Assembly: GCA_963575745.1 (NCBI GenBank)
Contig: CAUYUJ010000181.1
Coordinates: 372,001 to 436,000 of the forward strand
Length of the DNA: 64,000 nucleotides
Source of the DNA: Prorocentrum cordatum
Lineage: Eukaryota
Reading direction: 5' to 3'
The notes beneath the pieces were generated by a model. The model did not search any database, had not been told where the DNA came from, and worked only from the letters and a program-made list of their open reading frames with translations. A program made the translations under genes and the position numbers. Positions within the stretch are counted from its first letter, which is position 1; every line of letters starts with the position of its first letter. Positions 9,743 through 21,481 of this stretch are shown here, in pieces.

Positions 9743-12719
9743 CACATTCCAAGACGTACTACCACCGCCACGACCACTACGACTACCGCCGCTACTTCTA
9801 CTACGACCACCATGAGAAACATCCAACGCGCCCACATGTGAATAAGGATGGGGCATTGACGGGCTTTCACCGCGCAGCCCCTCCGAGCGCACAATCGCGT
9901 TGTTGCGCGAACATATGACAAAAGGACCCAGCGGCACATAGAAATTCACCAACTCCTCGGGGATATCTTTCACTGGAGGGCCCCCTGGGACTCTGCAGGC
10001 CATCGCATCTAGAGTAACAAAAACGCCAGAACGCGGGACAATTCCGACAAGCATTCCTGGAACGCAGCAGTCACGTGCGTCCCCCACCCCTCAGCCCGAC
10101 AGCAGCACGGTCCCACCCCCTCTGTGCTGGCACCCTCCCCTCTCAGGAATACTTCCGAGCAGTCGTTCAGATCCTTGACAGCTCACCGAGAGGAAGGTGG
10201 TGGGCTTCAGACACTCGCAACAGGAAACACGCATGTCAACATCTCCTCAGCCTCCTCCTCCTCCTTCTGCTCCTCCTTGTCTTCCTTCTTGTCATCCGCC
10301 TCCTTCTCCTCCTCCCCCTCCTCCCTCCGCTTCCCACATCCTCCTCCATGTGTGGTTGCGGAATAGAAAAACACGTGGTCCTCGTGTTCCGTCTCCTCCT
10401 CCTCCTCCTCCGCCTCTTCCTCGACCGTCTCGACAATTCCTTGCCCTCCAGGCTCCGTGGCGGTGGCGGTCCGCACTGGGGACACCCGTCGCTCTGAAGT
10501 GCTTCGGCGATTCCGCCCTGCCCCCCTCAGTCAGCAACACCGGCGACTGCGGAATACTGATGCAGGAGAGCCCAGAATCGAATCGATAAGTCGGATCGGC
10601 GATCGAACTTAATCGAATCGGCGCAAATCGGCAGCCAAGTCGGGAGAAGTCGAATCGGGAGACATCGGCAGGCTAGTAGGCCTCCATTGAGAAATCGTGT
10701 CCCTCCGAGTTTGTATGTTCATGTCATTCTTCGCTTCCCCAAAAAAGGGCGGCTGCGGGATACGGGTGTGCCCTCTGTGAAGATCTCGCGTCCCTGTCTA
10801 GTCTTACCCCGAGGGAGGGCCATGTGAAAGGCCCGCCGGACGATGTGGAGCTCGCTGCCCACGCCCTCGAGGGGCAGGTTGCCCAGCTTATGAGGCAACT
10901 CGGCCAGCCACGATATCTAAAACACCCGTCTGAATTCGAGGCTGGCACAGAACGTGCAGAACCCATGCCGTGCAAGTTGCGAGTTGCTGCGAGGAGCACA
11001 AGGCCACGCGGCATACGCCTGGATGCCCGGCCAACCATCACCGAGGCACCATGTCTAGAGTTCTTTTTGCTCAGCGGGCCATGCGACAATTTGACGAGCG
11101 CCTGCAACGAACTCGTAAGGTAAGGCATGCATCCCTGCCGTCCTCCCTGGACTATCTTCGCGGACGGGCCTGAATGTGGGGGACGTGCCCGCGCAGTCCG
11201 TATCCTCAGGACGGACGCCAGTCCCCCTCCCCCAGGCCACGATCTCGCTGCCGTCACCCGCGGCGGCAGGAACGGGGAGGGGATGTGGAAGCGAACACGT
11301 CGGGGGTCTGAGCCGAGCACCCCCGCGGAGGCATCCAGCAAGGGATGCCGAGGCGACTTCGTCCGCAGAGGCGTTTGCCCGAGGGGTCGACGCGGAGTGG
11401 CCCAAAAAACGCCCTCCGGACGAGCTGCAACCTGAGGGCTGAGGCAAGCTGCTGCGCGAGAGCGTCCGGCGGCGCTGACAGAGCAAGCGGGGCCCCCGCT
11501 ACCTCCGTGAAGAGTCTTGCCCACGGGGGGCCGTCCGCGACTGCAAAATGGCATGCGCGCTACTTCTTCGAAGGTCTGCTCCCCGTGGAGGTGGGGCCCC
11601 CCGCATCTTGCGCAAACTGCTCGGGTCAGGGGGGAAAGGCGGACATGGAGGAGGAGGAGGAGGAGGATGAGGAGGAGGAGGAGGAGGAGGAGGAGGAGGA
11701 GGAGGAGCGAGAGGAGGTGGAAGAGGAGGAGGGCGAGCAACAGGGAGAAGACTGACGAGGAGGACGATGCGACCCTCCGTCCCTCGTGGCCTCATGGGCA
11801 TGTCGCGCGGCATGATCCGCTGTATGCTGATCCCCTGCGGCGTCTCCTTCGCCTTGGCCTCGGAATGAAGCTCGCCTGCGCAGGCACAGAATCCGCCACC
11901 GTGCGCCCTGGCAGGGTGAGGCGTGGTAGAATGCCAGATGCCGTGTGCCTGGGCGCATGTGAATATTGTAAGGCTCCCCCTCCTCTCACCAAACAGTGGA
12001 GCGCACTGCGCCCCCACCCCCCTCAAGCGGCTCTTCGGGAGGACCGACGCTTCCCTCGGGCTCGCCAAGGCTCGCCACGAGGGAGGCCACCAACGCCGCC
12101 CCGATTGCCCAGCCCTGCCTCACGAGAAGAGGCGCCCAGCAGCCCACCAGAAGACCCCACAGGGGGCGCCGAAGGGGCGCCACGAGGCTTCCGCGACACC
12201 ACACAGAGGGCCAGGAGGCCCTCCAAGAAGGCCGCAATCACGCATACACACGCCAAGAGACATCCTGATTGAAAGTGTTGGATGTCCCGAGCCACTCGGT
12301 GCAACACGCTTCCGAGAAGAAGACGTCGGGGGAGCCGACAATGGCCCAATCTGGCCTCACGGAGGTCTCGAGAGGCTCCCACGGCCTGGGACCGCCCCGG
12401 CCGGGCGCCAAGAGAGCCCCAAGACAGCCAAACGGCGCCCCAGGAGGGGCCATCGCGGCTCCACGACAGCCAACAGAGGCGCTCCTCATGCGGCCAGGCG
12501 GGGCCCAAGACCGCCTGAAGACGGCCCCCTCCTCCTCCTCCTTCTCCTCCTCCTCCTCCTCCTCCTACTCCTCCTCCTTCTCCTCCTCCTCCTCCTCCCC
12601 GTCCTCCTCCTCCTCCGCCTCCTCCTCCTCCTCCTCGGCCGCAGGCCCCACGGGAGCCCTGAGCCTGCCCAGGTGGACCCCACGAGGGCCTCAGCCGACG
12701 TCTCTGCGACAGGTGTCAG

Positions 12720-13055
12720 ATGAGCGACGGAACGAGAAGGGCCTTACGCGAGATGGCATAGCAACCTTACGCGGAGGCTCACGCGGGCCACCAACGCCGC
12801 ACGCCACCCTTGAGACGAGAGCGCTGACGCGCGACCTCACGCGGGCAGCTTGCGCGCGAACGTCCGCGCACTCGGCCCCGCTTAAACTTGTCCGTCGCTC
12901 GCATTCCCCTATGGCACGGTGGCGGAACTTGCCGCAGGACAGCTGGGCAACAAAAGGCCAGAGAACAGGGGGACGGGGCGGGGGAGGAGATGAAGAGAGG
13001 AGAAAAGGGGGGTAAGCCAGGTGCGCTCGGCGCCACGTGCTACGCCTGGCATCCG
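12720..13055. repeat. Dispersed repeat (CCTTACGCG-rich)
   Basis: Colinear homolog at ~25110-25285 (GCGAGATGGCAT...ACCTTACGCGG...GCGCGCGAACGTCCGCGCA). Confidence 0.75.
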
Positions 13056-13168
13056 GAACAAACAGGGGCCGATCCTGAAGTGGGGCCAGCGCTGCAGCGG
13101 CAAGACCATGCAATGGGCAACCACTGGACGGCATCAACGGCGGGAATTCAGTGCAACATCTGCGGCTT

Positions 13169-13345
13169 GTCTTGAGTCGGGCCTGTCCTCCTGCAGGGGG
13201 ACTCTGGACGAAGACTAGGAGACAGGCAAAAAATACCCCAGAATGGCCAACCAAGCAAAATGCTCCGAGCATCGTCCCCAGACTATTACTTGTTTTGGCT
13301 GCGTTTGAACATTCCCCCTGTAGAGGGACAGGCCCGACTCAGGGC
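13169..13345. mobile_element. MITE family A copy
   Basis: GAGTCGGGCCTGTCC...GGACAGGCCCGACTC inverted termini. Confidence 0.85.
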
Positions 13346-13419
13346 TCGTCCAGCGCGGCCCGTCGGCTCTGCAGTCGCGCGCGCGTCTGCCAGCGCCGCG
13401 AGCCAAAACAAAGAAGCTG

Positions 13420-13580
13420 CGGGGCCCTGGGACACGCAAAGAAATAGACACAAAGGACAGGATTCCCCACATGCTCCCATACTTTCTGGGTTCCTGCCTC
13501 CCCCCACACTTCCCATAGTTTCCCATACTTTCCTGGGGATCGACGCCTGCTTGTGTCTGTGTGTTTCTTTCCCTCCTGAA
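13420..13580. repeat. Dispersed repeat family ending TTGTGTCTGTGTG(T/C)TTCTTTCCCTCCTGA
   Basis: Homologs at ~55200-55365 and ~55690-55815. Confidence 0.7.
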
Positions 13581-14426
13581 CTATGCGCGGAGGGTGGCGG
13601 GCCGCTCCCCGGCCAGCTTCGGGGGAGCGAGGCGAGGCGAGTGGCACTCACCGTGGGTAATACGTGTCCACGGGCGGCACGGGAAGAGAGGGGAGGGGGG
13701 AACACGAGGGGAGGGGGGAGAGAGGCGAGCAGTAGTCCTCGGGGGGAGGGGGGCGAGCAGCAGTATTCACCCTGGGTGATAATCGTCCACGGGCGGCATG
13801 GGAAGAGTGGGGAGGGGGGAACACGAGGGGAGGGGTGGCTGGGGAAGGAGCATGGCGAGGATGCGCGGACGGAGGAGCGGCAGGGAGAGGGAGGAGGACG
13901 AGGGGAGGGGGGGGGCGTGATAGAAGCAGGGGAGGGGAGGCAGGGCTGAGCGGAGGGAAAGATCGCATGCCGATTGTGACGCTGGGCTTTCACGTGATCC
14001 TTCGCAGCAATCGGGCGACTCTCTGCTGCTGAGGAGGAGGAGGAGGAGGAGGAGGAGGAGGAGGAGGAGGAGGAGGAGGTGGTTGAAGCGGGGGACGTGG
14101 GGAAACCAAACGGTACCGATAATTACCGCTACTCCCTGGACATCTCTGGGAGTGCGCTCCGACCAGGATCTCGAGGCGAATCCAGCGGTGCCGACGAAGG
14201 CCTCCCAGGAGGCCCCACAGGGCGAAAACGAGGCAAGGGTATGGATACATGTGCCTCTGAGGTTGAAGTGGTGGACGGGGCCCGGGCTCGAGCTCGGGCT
14301 GGGGCTCGAGCTCGGGCCCGGGCTCGAGCTCGGGCTCGGGCTTGGGCTCGCTCGGGCTCGGGCCCCACACCTGGGGATGGGGGGCGGAGGCCGAGGACGG
14401 GCATGAGGCTGCCGACGCTGCCTCTA

Positions 14427-14579
14427 GCGTGAGGCCGGGCAGGTCCGCCTACGGGCAGATGTTGGCAGAAAGCCGAAAGCAGCCCACAGAGCACGAGACC
14501 TCGTCACCAGAACGATGCTCCGCCTATTCTTGAATCCTCTCTTTCTTTCCCCCTGTAGAGGGACACGCCCGACTTGCAT
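14427..14579. mobile_element. MITE family A copy
   Basis: Right TIR CCCCTGTAGAGGGACACGCCCGAC; degenerate left TIR GCCGGGCAGGTCCGCCTAC. Confidence 0.65.
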
Positions 14580-14765
14580 CCAGCGAGGCCCTGCGTCCCC
14601 CCCGCCCGGCGCAGCCCGGCGCAGCCCGGCGCAGCCCAGCGCAGCCCGCGGCGCGGCCCGCTCCGCTCCGCTCTGCGCCGTTCCGTGGCGGCACCCGCGG
14701 CCGCGCCGCGCGGCGCCGCAGCGAGCCCCGGGGTCGTCGCCGGCCTCCGCGGCGGCGGGCGGCAA

Positions 14766-15716
14766 GGTTTAGGTCGCGCAGGGCCTCCTACGGGGAATGT
14801 TGGAGGAAAAGTACAAAGCTGTGCAAGTTGATGCTTTCCCCACCATTCATCCTGTGGTGTCGGGTCCTCGCTTTGGGGAGATAGCGCCCCACGTTGCTTC
14901 CTCTCCTCCTTCCTCTCCTCCTCCTCTCGCTCCTCGCCCTCCTCCCTCCTCTCATCATCAGCATCATCATCTGCATCATCCGCATCATCGTCATCATTGT
15001 CATCACCATCATCGCCATCATCATCATCGCAGTTATCGTCACCATCATCGACACACATTTCGGCACACCCCTCACACGTTTCGTGGCCCCACGGGGAGCT
15101 CCACAGAAGGCCCCAGTGCCACCGTCCACATGCGTCCCCCACACCAATTTCGGCATACCCCCCCCACACGCTTCGTGGCCCCACAGGGAGCTCCACCGAA
15201 GGCCCCAGTGCCACCGCCCACATGCGTCACCCACACACATTTCGGCACACCCCTCACACGTGTCGTGGCCCCATGGGGAGCTCCACCGGATGCCCCAGTG
15301 CTACTGTCCACATGCACTGTCCACATGCACAAATTTCGGCACCCCTCTCACACGGTTGCCCCATGGGAAGCTCCACCGAAGGCTCCAGTGCCGCCGCCCG
15401 CATGCTTCCCCCACACCATTTTGGTACCCCTCTCACACGCTTAGTGGCCTCTTAGGGAGCTCCACCGAAGGCCCCAGTGCCACCGTCCACATGCGTCCGC
15501 CGCACCCATGTCGGCAAACCCCGCACAGGGTTCGTGGCCCCATAGGGAGAATCACCGAAGAAGATATTCACAATTGCGGTACCCACATCTGCATATGCTT
15601 GGGTCCTTCGCCAGGCATATATGAAGAATCATACAATTACAAGAATATCGTCCCAAAACTATGTTGGGCCTTTTTCTGAATTTTCCTCCTGTAGAGGGAC
15701 ATGCCCGATTTAAGGC
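14766..15716. mobile_element. MITE family A copy expanded by a nested satellite-carrying element
   Basis: Left TIR GGTTTAGGTCGCGCAGGGCCTCCTACGGGGAA and right TIR TCCTCCTGTAGAGGGACATGCCCGATTTAAGGC bracket the 14836-15562 insert. Confidence 0.6.
15050..15562 (-). repeat. ~91-bp tandem array related to the 1-1030 minisatellite
   Basis: Five to six units containing TTCGTGGCCCCA.GGGGAGCTCCACCGAAGGCCCCAGTG, the reverse complement of the core of the first array. Confidence 0.85.
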
Positions 15717-16759
15717 AAGGTTGGCGGCGTGCACAAGGAGCGCTTCTTAGAAGGCGCTTCTCAGAAGGCGCTGGCCCAGCATCTACAGACAAGGCATGCG
15801 ACGTCTCTAGGAAGCAGGGGTGCTTCTGAGGGGAGCCTTCCCTCCGCCCCCTACCCCCTTCTGCGCGTGGCTGACAACTGACAGTATCGAATCGGCAGCT
15901 CGGATCGCATCGGAATGTGCGTCGGATCGCGTCGCGTCGGCGCGAGGACGGAGTCGTATTGCATCGGCCGCGCCAGGGCGCACAACAGCGCCATGCAAGC
16001 CTCGGGCCGCATCGGATCGCTGGAACATCGGAACCGGATCGGATCGTGCCAGCAAGAATCGATGTCGAACCGGATCGAGACGGGGGCCCGGCGCTCACAG
16101 GCCCCAGGGGCGCTCGCCGGGGGTCCGAGATGGAAGAAGGCACCGCTACCGCTACCCTCGCTCAGGAGAGACTAAAGTACCACTTCCACCAGCTAGGGGG
16201 GTGGCCGCTCCCTCCCCTCGAGCTGGGGGCACCCCCTTCCGGGCACTCTCTGGAGGCATGCCCAACACAAGGGGCCACCAGCTCGAGAGGGTGGGACAGC
16301 CACCCCCCTGGCTGCAGGTTGCTGGTGGTGCTGTTTTCTCTGGTGGATTGCCCCGTTTCTCCTGGGAGGCCCCTGTCGCCACGGCCGGACTCGCCTCGCA
16401 AATCCTGGTCCCGGCGCACACCGGGAGAGGTCCGGGAAGCAGCGGTGATCGGCAACTCTGGGCTTCCCGCAGAGGGAGGCCTGGGCGCCAAGGCTCGGCA
16501 GGGGGTCCACAACTGGGCTCGGGGCGAGTGGCAACCACAGGGGGCCGACCGTTGGCCGCTTCGGACTGATCACAACCGGCTGTTATTGGGACGAGGTGGC
16601 TGCGATGCTCTGGGGAAGCTCTAGTATGTGTTGATGAGTAGAAGGCTCTCAAGATCTCTTCTGGATGCAGCGACTTCCCTCGCAAAATTCAAAAGAATAT
16701 TGAATAAGAGAAATTGTGATGGGGCTGGTCACTGACGGTTCTGCATCTACCATATACGT

Positions 16760-17440
16760 TATGCAATGTATGTATATATACGTAGATATGTCTGTCTCTG
16801 TGTATATATATATACATATAGATTGTGGAGTGTATGCAGTGCAATGTATGTGGTGCTATGTGGCGAAATTAACATGGCGCACTTTATGTGGTTCGCAACT
16901 TACGCGGAGAAACCGACGTGGTGCAATCCAAGTGATGTAGTCTAGTAGTCTATGTCGTGCGATCTACGCGGCGAAATATAAGTGGTCCAATCTATTTGGT
17001 GCAATCTATGCTGCGCACTCCAGTGGCGCAATCCGCGGTGTGCTTTCCATGCTGCGCAATCTTTGTGGTGCTGTCTAGTCTACGCGGCGCAGTTAGTGTG
17101 GTGCAATATGTGTGATGGAATATACGCGGCGTAATATATTGGTGCAGTCGATGTGGTGTGATATCACACCGGCCAAATTCCTCAATGCAGAAGTAAGAAC
17201 CCGTAAGTATCTAGGAGGTCCATAACAGACCCCACTATGTGTATGCATATGTATGTATGTATATATGTATGTATGTGTATACGTATGTGTATGTACATAT
17301 ATAAAGAGGCACAAGAGCGCGCCGATATGCATGCATGAATACATGTGAGCCCATGCATACGTTTGACTATACTTGTATGTAAATGTACACTTAGACAGAG
17401 TACGTACTGAAAAGGCAATCTATTTGTATATATGCCTATG
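16760..17440. repeat. (TA/TG)-rich and TGTGGTGCAA-type low-complexity repeats
   Basis: Direct inspection; the reverse-complement type (CACCACATAG) recurs at ~26245-26520 and ~29280-29450. Confidence 0.8.
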
Positions 17441-17449
17441 TACTTATCC

Positions 17450-17975
17450 CTCGGGGATCCGATGGAATCCGTAAGAAACCCTCGGGAATAATCAGGAATC
17501 CCTCGGGAGTAATCAGGAATCCCTCCCGAATAACCAGGAATCAAGTAGAAATCTCTTCGGAATCCCTGAAGAATCCTTGAGATTCCTTCGGTTCCTTAGG
17601 AATCCCTTAGGCATCCTCCAGAATCCCTGAAGAATCCTCAGGAATCCGGTCGGAATCCTCCCCCCTGTCCACAGGAATCCGCAGGAACCCCGATTGAATC
17701 CCAAGGGAAGGAAGTGCACTGGAATCCCTTAGGGGTCCTGAAGGATTTCCTCGGGATTTCCTGAGGATTCCTTTGGGAATTCCCAAGGATCCTTTTGGAA
17801 TCCGTAGGAATCCCTGAGGACCCCCTGAGAAATCCTCCGGGAATCCCTTGGGAATCCTCGGGGATTTCTCAAGAATTCGTCAAGAATCCTTAAGGAATCC
17901 CTGCGGACTCCTCAGGAATCCCTTAGGAATGTCTCGTGATTCCTTCAAGAAGCCCTGAGGAATCCCCCCAGGAAA
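17450..17975. repeat. Degenerate ~11-bp GGAATCC minisatellite
   Basis: Dozens of GGAATCC(C/T) units. Confidence 0.9.
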
Positions 17976-18891
17976 CCCGCACTCAACCCGCTGGAAGGGG
18001 GAAGTGAACGGGTGTGGCGAGGAGAGGAAATGGGCTCGCCTCCTTGAAAGGCGCGCGCGCATGCATCCCGCCCCCTCGTCAGGGCTGCAAGGGGAGGGGT
18101 GCTCCAGTGCGCGCTCCCACCGCCCGGCCCGCCCTGTGGGCGGGGGCATCCTTCCCCCCGCCTTCACCCAGGCGCGGCCGGCTTACCTTCTCATCAATAT
18201 GATCCCAGGCGCGGCTGGCGATCAGCGAGGCAGAGGAAGGGGAGGGCGAAGAGGGCGTGAGCGAGGAGGAGGCGGCGGCGGGGGTGGAAGGGGGGTCTCA
18301 GGCCCAATTGGGGCGGTCTTCTAAGAAGACCACCTATACCAGTACCATGTTATGTTATCGTTCAAGGCAGGATGCGGTATACGACTTCTCGTCTAACATC
18401 CATATGATCACATCCAGGGTTGGGGAGGGAAGGCCCAAATTGTATCACATGCGGAAGAGACTGACACTTCGCAAAGACAGGTGCAGCGGCATCGCCATCA
18501 GCCTTCACGTGAAGCGTGACAGGATGGTGCTGAGAGACAGGATACGTGCGCAAGGCTCACTGAAATACACTGCGCAAGACTCGTCAAAACTTACAACTTC
18601 ATGAAATAATCGATGTCACGCTTAGATTCCTTCTTGGCACACGTGGTGTTTCGGATACGACTAGCTCCATGCGCGCACGGAGGATCATTGAGGGAGAAGT
18701 GGTTCGACCCCTCCCTCCCGCCCTCCTTTCCCTCCCTCTCCCCCCTTCCTGCCCCCCAGCTCCGCGTCCCATTCTCCCGCTTCCTCCTCATTTCCATTGC
18801 TCCTCTCCACGGCTTTCCCTCCCACACCGCCACTCCATGCGAGCCCTTCGCCGTGTTTCCTCCAATAGCGGAACAAACAGTGCCAAATGTG

Positions 18892-20592
18892 CTAGGCCAA
18901 GCTTGCCTCAGCCACAGAAGCGTGACGCAAATGTGACTCAATGTTCGTGCCGTTCTGGAAGGAGACCTTCTTACCATAACTACGAAGAGCTATTCGTGTT
19001 CCGCACTCCTCTACAGGGATCTCCTCCTTGCTGTGGTCGTCCTCACCGAGCAGCCCTCCAATATGCAGCCCTGTGTGCCCAAGATGTTTGACGTAGACAT
19101 TGAGGTACTGGATACCTTGCTGGGTATGCCCGTGGATCACCTTCAAGTCCACCTTCCCGAAGGTCATCCAACTGGAGTTGAGCTCGCCGTCAACTTCATC
19201 CGCACGGAACTTGATGCCACCAGCTTGCCTAACCTCTGCCCACGACCCCGTGATGTTCAACTCTCGGAAATACATGTCCGCACATTTATGCCCCATCTGC
19301 CTTGCCTCTGCATCGACACGGAGCAGCGTGTCCACGGTGCCCGCGCCTTTTGGGATATGCAGCAAGATGTGCCTGCCAGGAGCCATCAAGTCGAACCGTT
19401 GGCCGTAAATATTCTGCAGGTGCGGGTCTCCCTTGGCGCTGGGCGTCACGCTGTTTTCCGACGCTCCCGCAGCTGAAGTCACGCTGTTCGCCCCACTCAG
19501 GGGCAGCGGCTGACTGAGGGGCACTGGCATTGCGTCGATGTCGGTTGACACAGGCGCAACTGGGACAGGCACAAATCCGTCGGCATCTGCCGGAATGGAG
19601 CTGCCAGTCGGGCTTTCTGTTGGGGGGGGTGTCAGAAGAGGAAGCGGACTAGAGGTGGGGGTCGTAATCGGGCTGCTCGTCGGGCTTCCCGTCGGGCTGG
19701 CTGTTGGGGCCGGCATCACGAGAGGAAGCGGCTCGGAGGTGGGCGACGCAGTCGGGCTGCTCGTCGGGCTTCCTGATGGTGACGCCGTCGGAGGAGCGGT
19801 CGGGCTTGAGGTGGGCGCCGTTGTCGGGTTCCCCGTCGGGCTGGCGGTCGGGGCCGGCGCTACGAGAGGCAGCGGCTCGGAGGTGGGCGACGCGGTCGGG
19901 CTGCCCGTCGGCAGCGCCGGTGGAGGGCCGGGGGCGGGCGCAGGGGCCGGGCCCGGCATGCTCCAGCCAGGGGCCGGGGCAGGGCCCGGGGGCGGGGGCG
20001 GGGCGGGGCCGGGCGCGGGCGTCGGCCGCAGGCCCAGGCGGAGGCCAGGCCGGTCCGGGGCGCGCCGGCAGGCGCACAGGTACTCGGAGGTGTCGTCCAG
20101 CTCCCGCAGCCTGGCAGAGCAGCTGAGGTAGCCGGAGCCCCGGCTGCTGTGGGCGCTGTCTTTGTTTGCGAAGTATGCCAGGGACCCCTCCGCTCCGGCC
20201 CCGCTGTCGAAGACGCACGGAGACGCGCCAGAGTAATGATCATCCCAGCCTGCACCAATATACCCCTGAGAAGGAGATATGCTCCTTTGTCCACGCTTTG
20301 GCATGGAATTCCAAAGTGTCCAGCACACCTCCGAGGTCACGTTGTACAACGGATCCATGTTGCACGCCAGGCCAGACCGTTCGCAAACGTCGTTGCAAGT
20401 GCCTGAACCGATGACGTACTCGCTGTACTCCTCGTACTGCTTGACAGCCAGCTCGTACTCGTGCTCGTCGTGCTCGTGGGCGGGTCGAGTCAGCACGACG
20501 GAATACAACACAGGACAGACGGTAGCGAGCACCAAAGCCCGAAGAACCATCGCGACAGCGCCTGTTGATGGAGAAGGTGAGTGAGCCTTCAT
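18892..20592 (-). CDS. Intronless putative secreted/cell-surface protein: signal peptide, Cys-rich domain, Pro/Thr/Ser mucin-like repeats, C-terminal GDPH (VWD-like) domain
   Basis: Uninterrupted ORF, with ATG candidates at 20592 (MKAH) and 20550 (MVLRALVLATVCPVLYS, hydrophobic). It has a Cys-rich CNDVC..C region, PTASPT repeats and a globular tail starting KGDPHLQNIYGQRFDLM and containing GGLLGEDDH. Confidence 0.85.
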   Translation of the reverse strand: MKAHSPSPSTGAVAMVLRALVLATVCPVLYSVVLTRPAHEHDEHEYELAVKQYEEYSEYVIGSGTCNDVCERSGLACNMDPLYNVTSEVCWTLWNSMPKRGQRSISPSQGYIGAGWDDHYSGASPCVFDSGAGAEGSLAYFANKDSAHSSRGSGYLSCSARLRELDDTSEYLCACRRAPDRPGLRLGLRPTPAPGPAPPPPPGPAPAPGWSMPGPAPAPAPGPPPALPTGSPTASPTSEPLPLVAPAPTASPTGNPTTAPTSSPTAPPTASPSGSPTSSPTASPTSEPLPLVMPAPTASPTGSPTSSPITTPTSSPLPLLTPPPTESPTGSSIPADADGFVPVPVAPVSTDIDAMPVPLSQPLPLSGANSVTSAAGASENSVTPSAKGDPHLQNIYGQRFDLMAPGRHILLHIPKGAGTVDTLLRVDAEARQMGHKCADMYFRELNITGSWAEVRQAGGIKFRADEVDGELNSSWMTFGKVDLKVIHGHTQQGIQYLNVYVKHLGHTGLHIGGLLGEDDHSKEEIPVEECGTRIALRSYGKKVSFQNGTNIESHLRHASVAEASLA

Positions 20593-21312
20593 CTTGACAT
20601 GAGCATCAAGACATCGCACGAATGGGAACCAAAAACGTGTTTGTGGACAATGCCTGAGCCATTCTGCCAGTGGAAGCCCTGTCTCCGTAATGTTTGCACG
20701 TTCGCTTCCCAAGGCGGCAAGGAAATTGGACACGAACGGGCACAACCAAAACATGCGTGTCAGCGTGAACCCTACATAGTAGATTAGTGTCTCCTCGACG
20801 TGCATTCTACGCGGTGCAATTCGCTTGTGGGAATTTGAGTCGCAGCTCCAATGCTCGAAGACTTATCCCACCTTTCCACAAGCGAAAACCGTTATCATGC
20901 AGATGGTGATGATACTGGCTCTGTTGACCAAGGCGAGGACAAGGACCATTACGATGATGACATCCACGATGATGGTGGAGACGATGACGACGCCTATGGT
21001 GATGGTGACGAAGCTGCTGGTGAGATGGTGGCGGTGGCAATCGTGACGCTGGCGATGATGATGCCACTGTGTTGGTGAGGGTGATGATGGTGCAGGCGCG
21101 CATGCGTCCATACATGGTAGCACACAGGCACTTGAAAACCAGTGTGCCTTCACATGTGGTTGACCTTCTCCGCGGTGAGATGCTCGGGGATCGATACGGT
21201 TTGGGAGAGGATTCGAACTGCGCGAGCGCGTGCGGCCCGCCCTGTCTCATTCGACAACGAGGCCAGGCGCGCGGTGGTTGCGTATCGTGTTCGCGGAGCC
21301 AGCGTGCTCTTA

Positions 21313-21481
21313 CGGTGGGGGCATTGGATAAGGAAACCTTCGAGAAGGAATCACGGGTCTGGAAGCCAGTGGACCTCAAATCGTTGGATTGGCCATGGAT
21401 ATCACCGCCTCCCTCATCAGATCAGGAACCCTCCAGGGTCTGAAACCTCCTGGGCACGTTCCTTAACGAACGCCCCCCCCG
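21313..21481. mobile_element. Tc1/mariner-type (Stowaway-like) MITE with TA target duplication
   Basis: TA|CGGTGGGGGCATTGGATAAGGAA ... TTCCTTAACGAACGCCCCCCCCG|TA; the right half recurs at 55551-55632. Confidence 0.65.

Noticed and set aside
10700..11130. Non-repetitive coding-like patch, possible exon or transposase remnant
   Set aside because: No recognisable motif or splice structure. Small exons of an intron-rich host gene cannot be excluded here or at ~16150-16630, ~18330-18600 and ~55900-56600.
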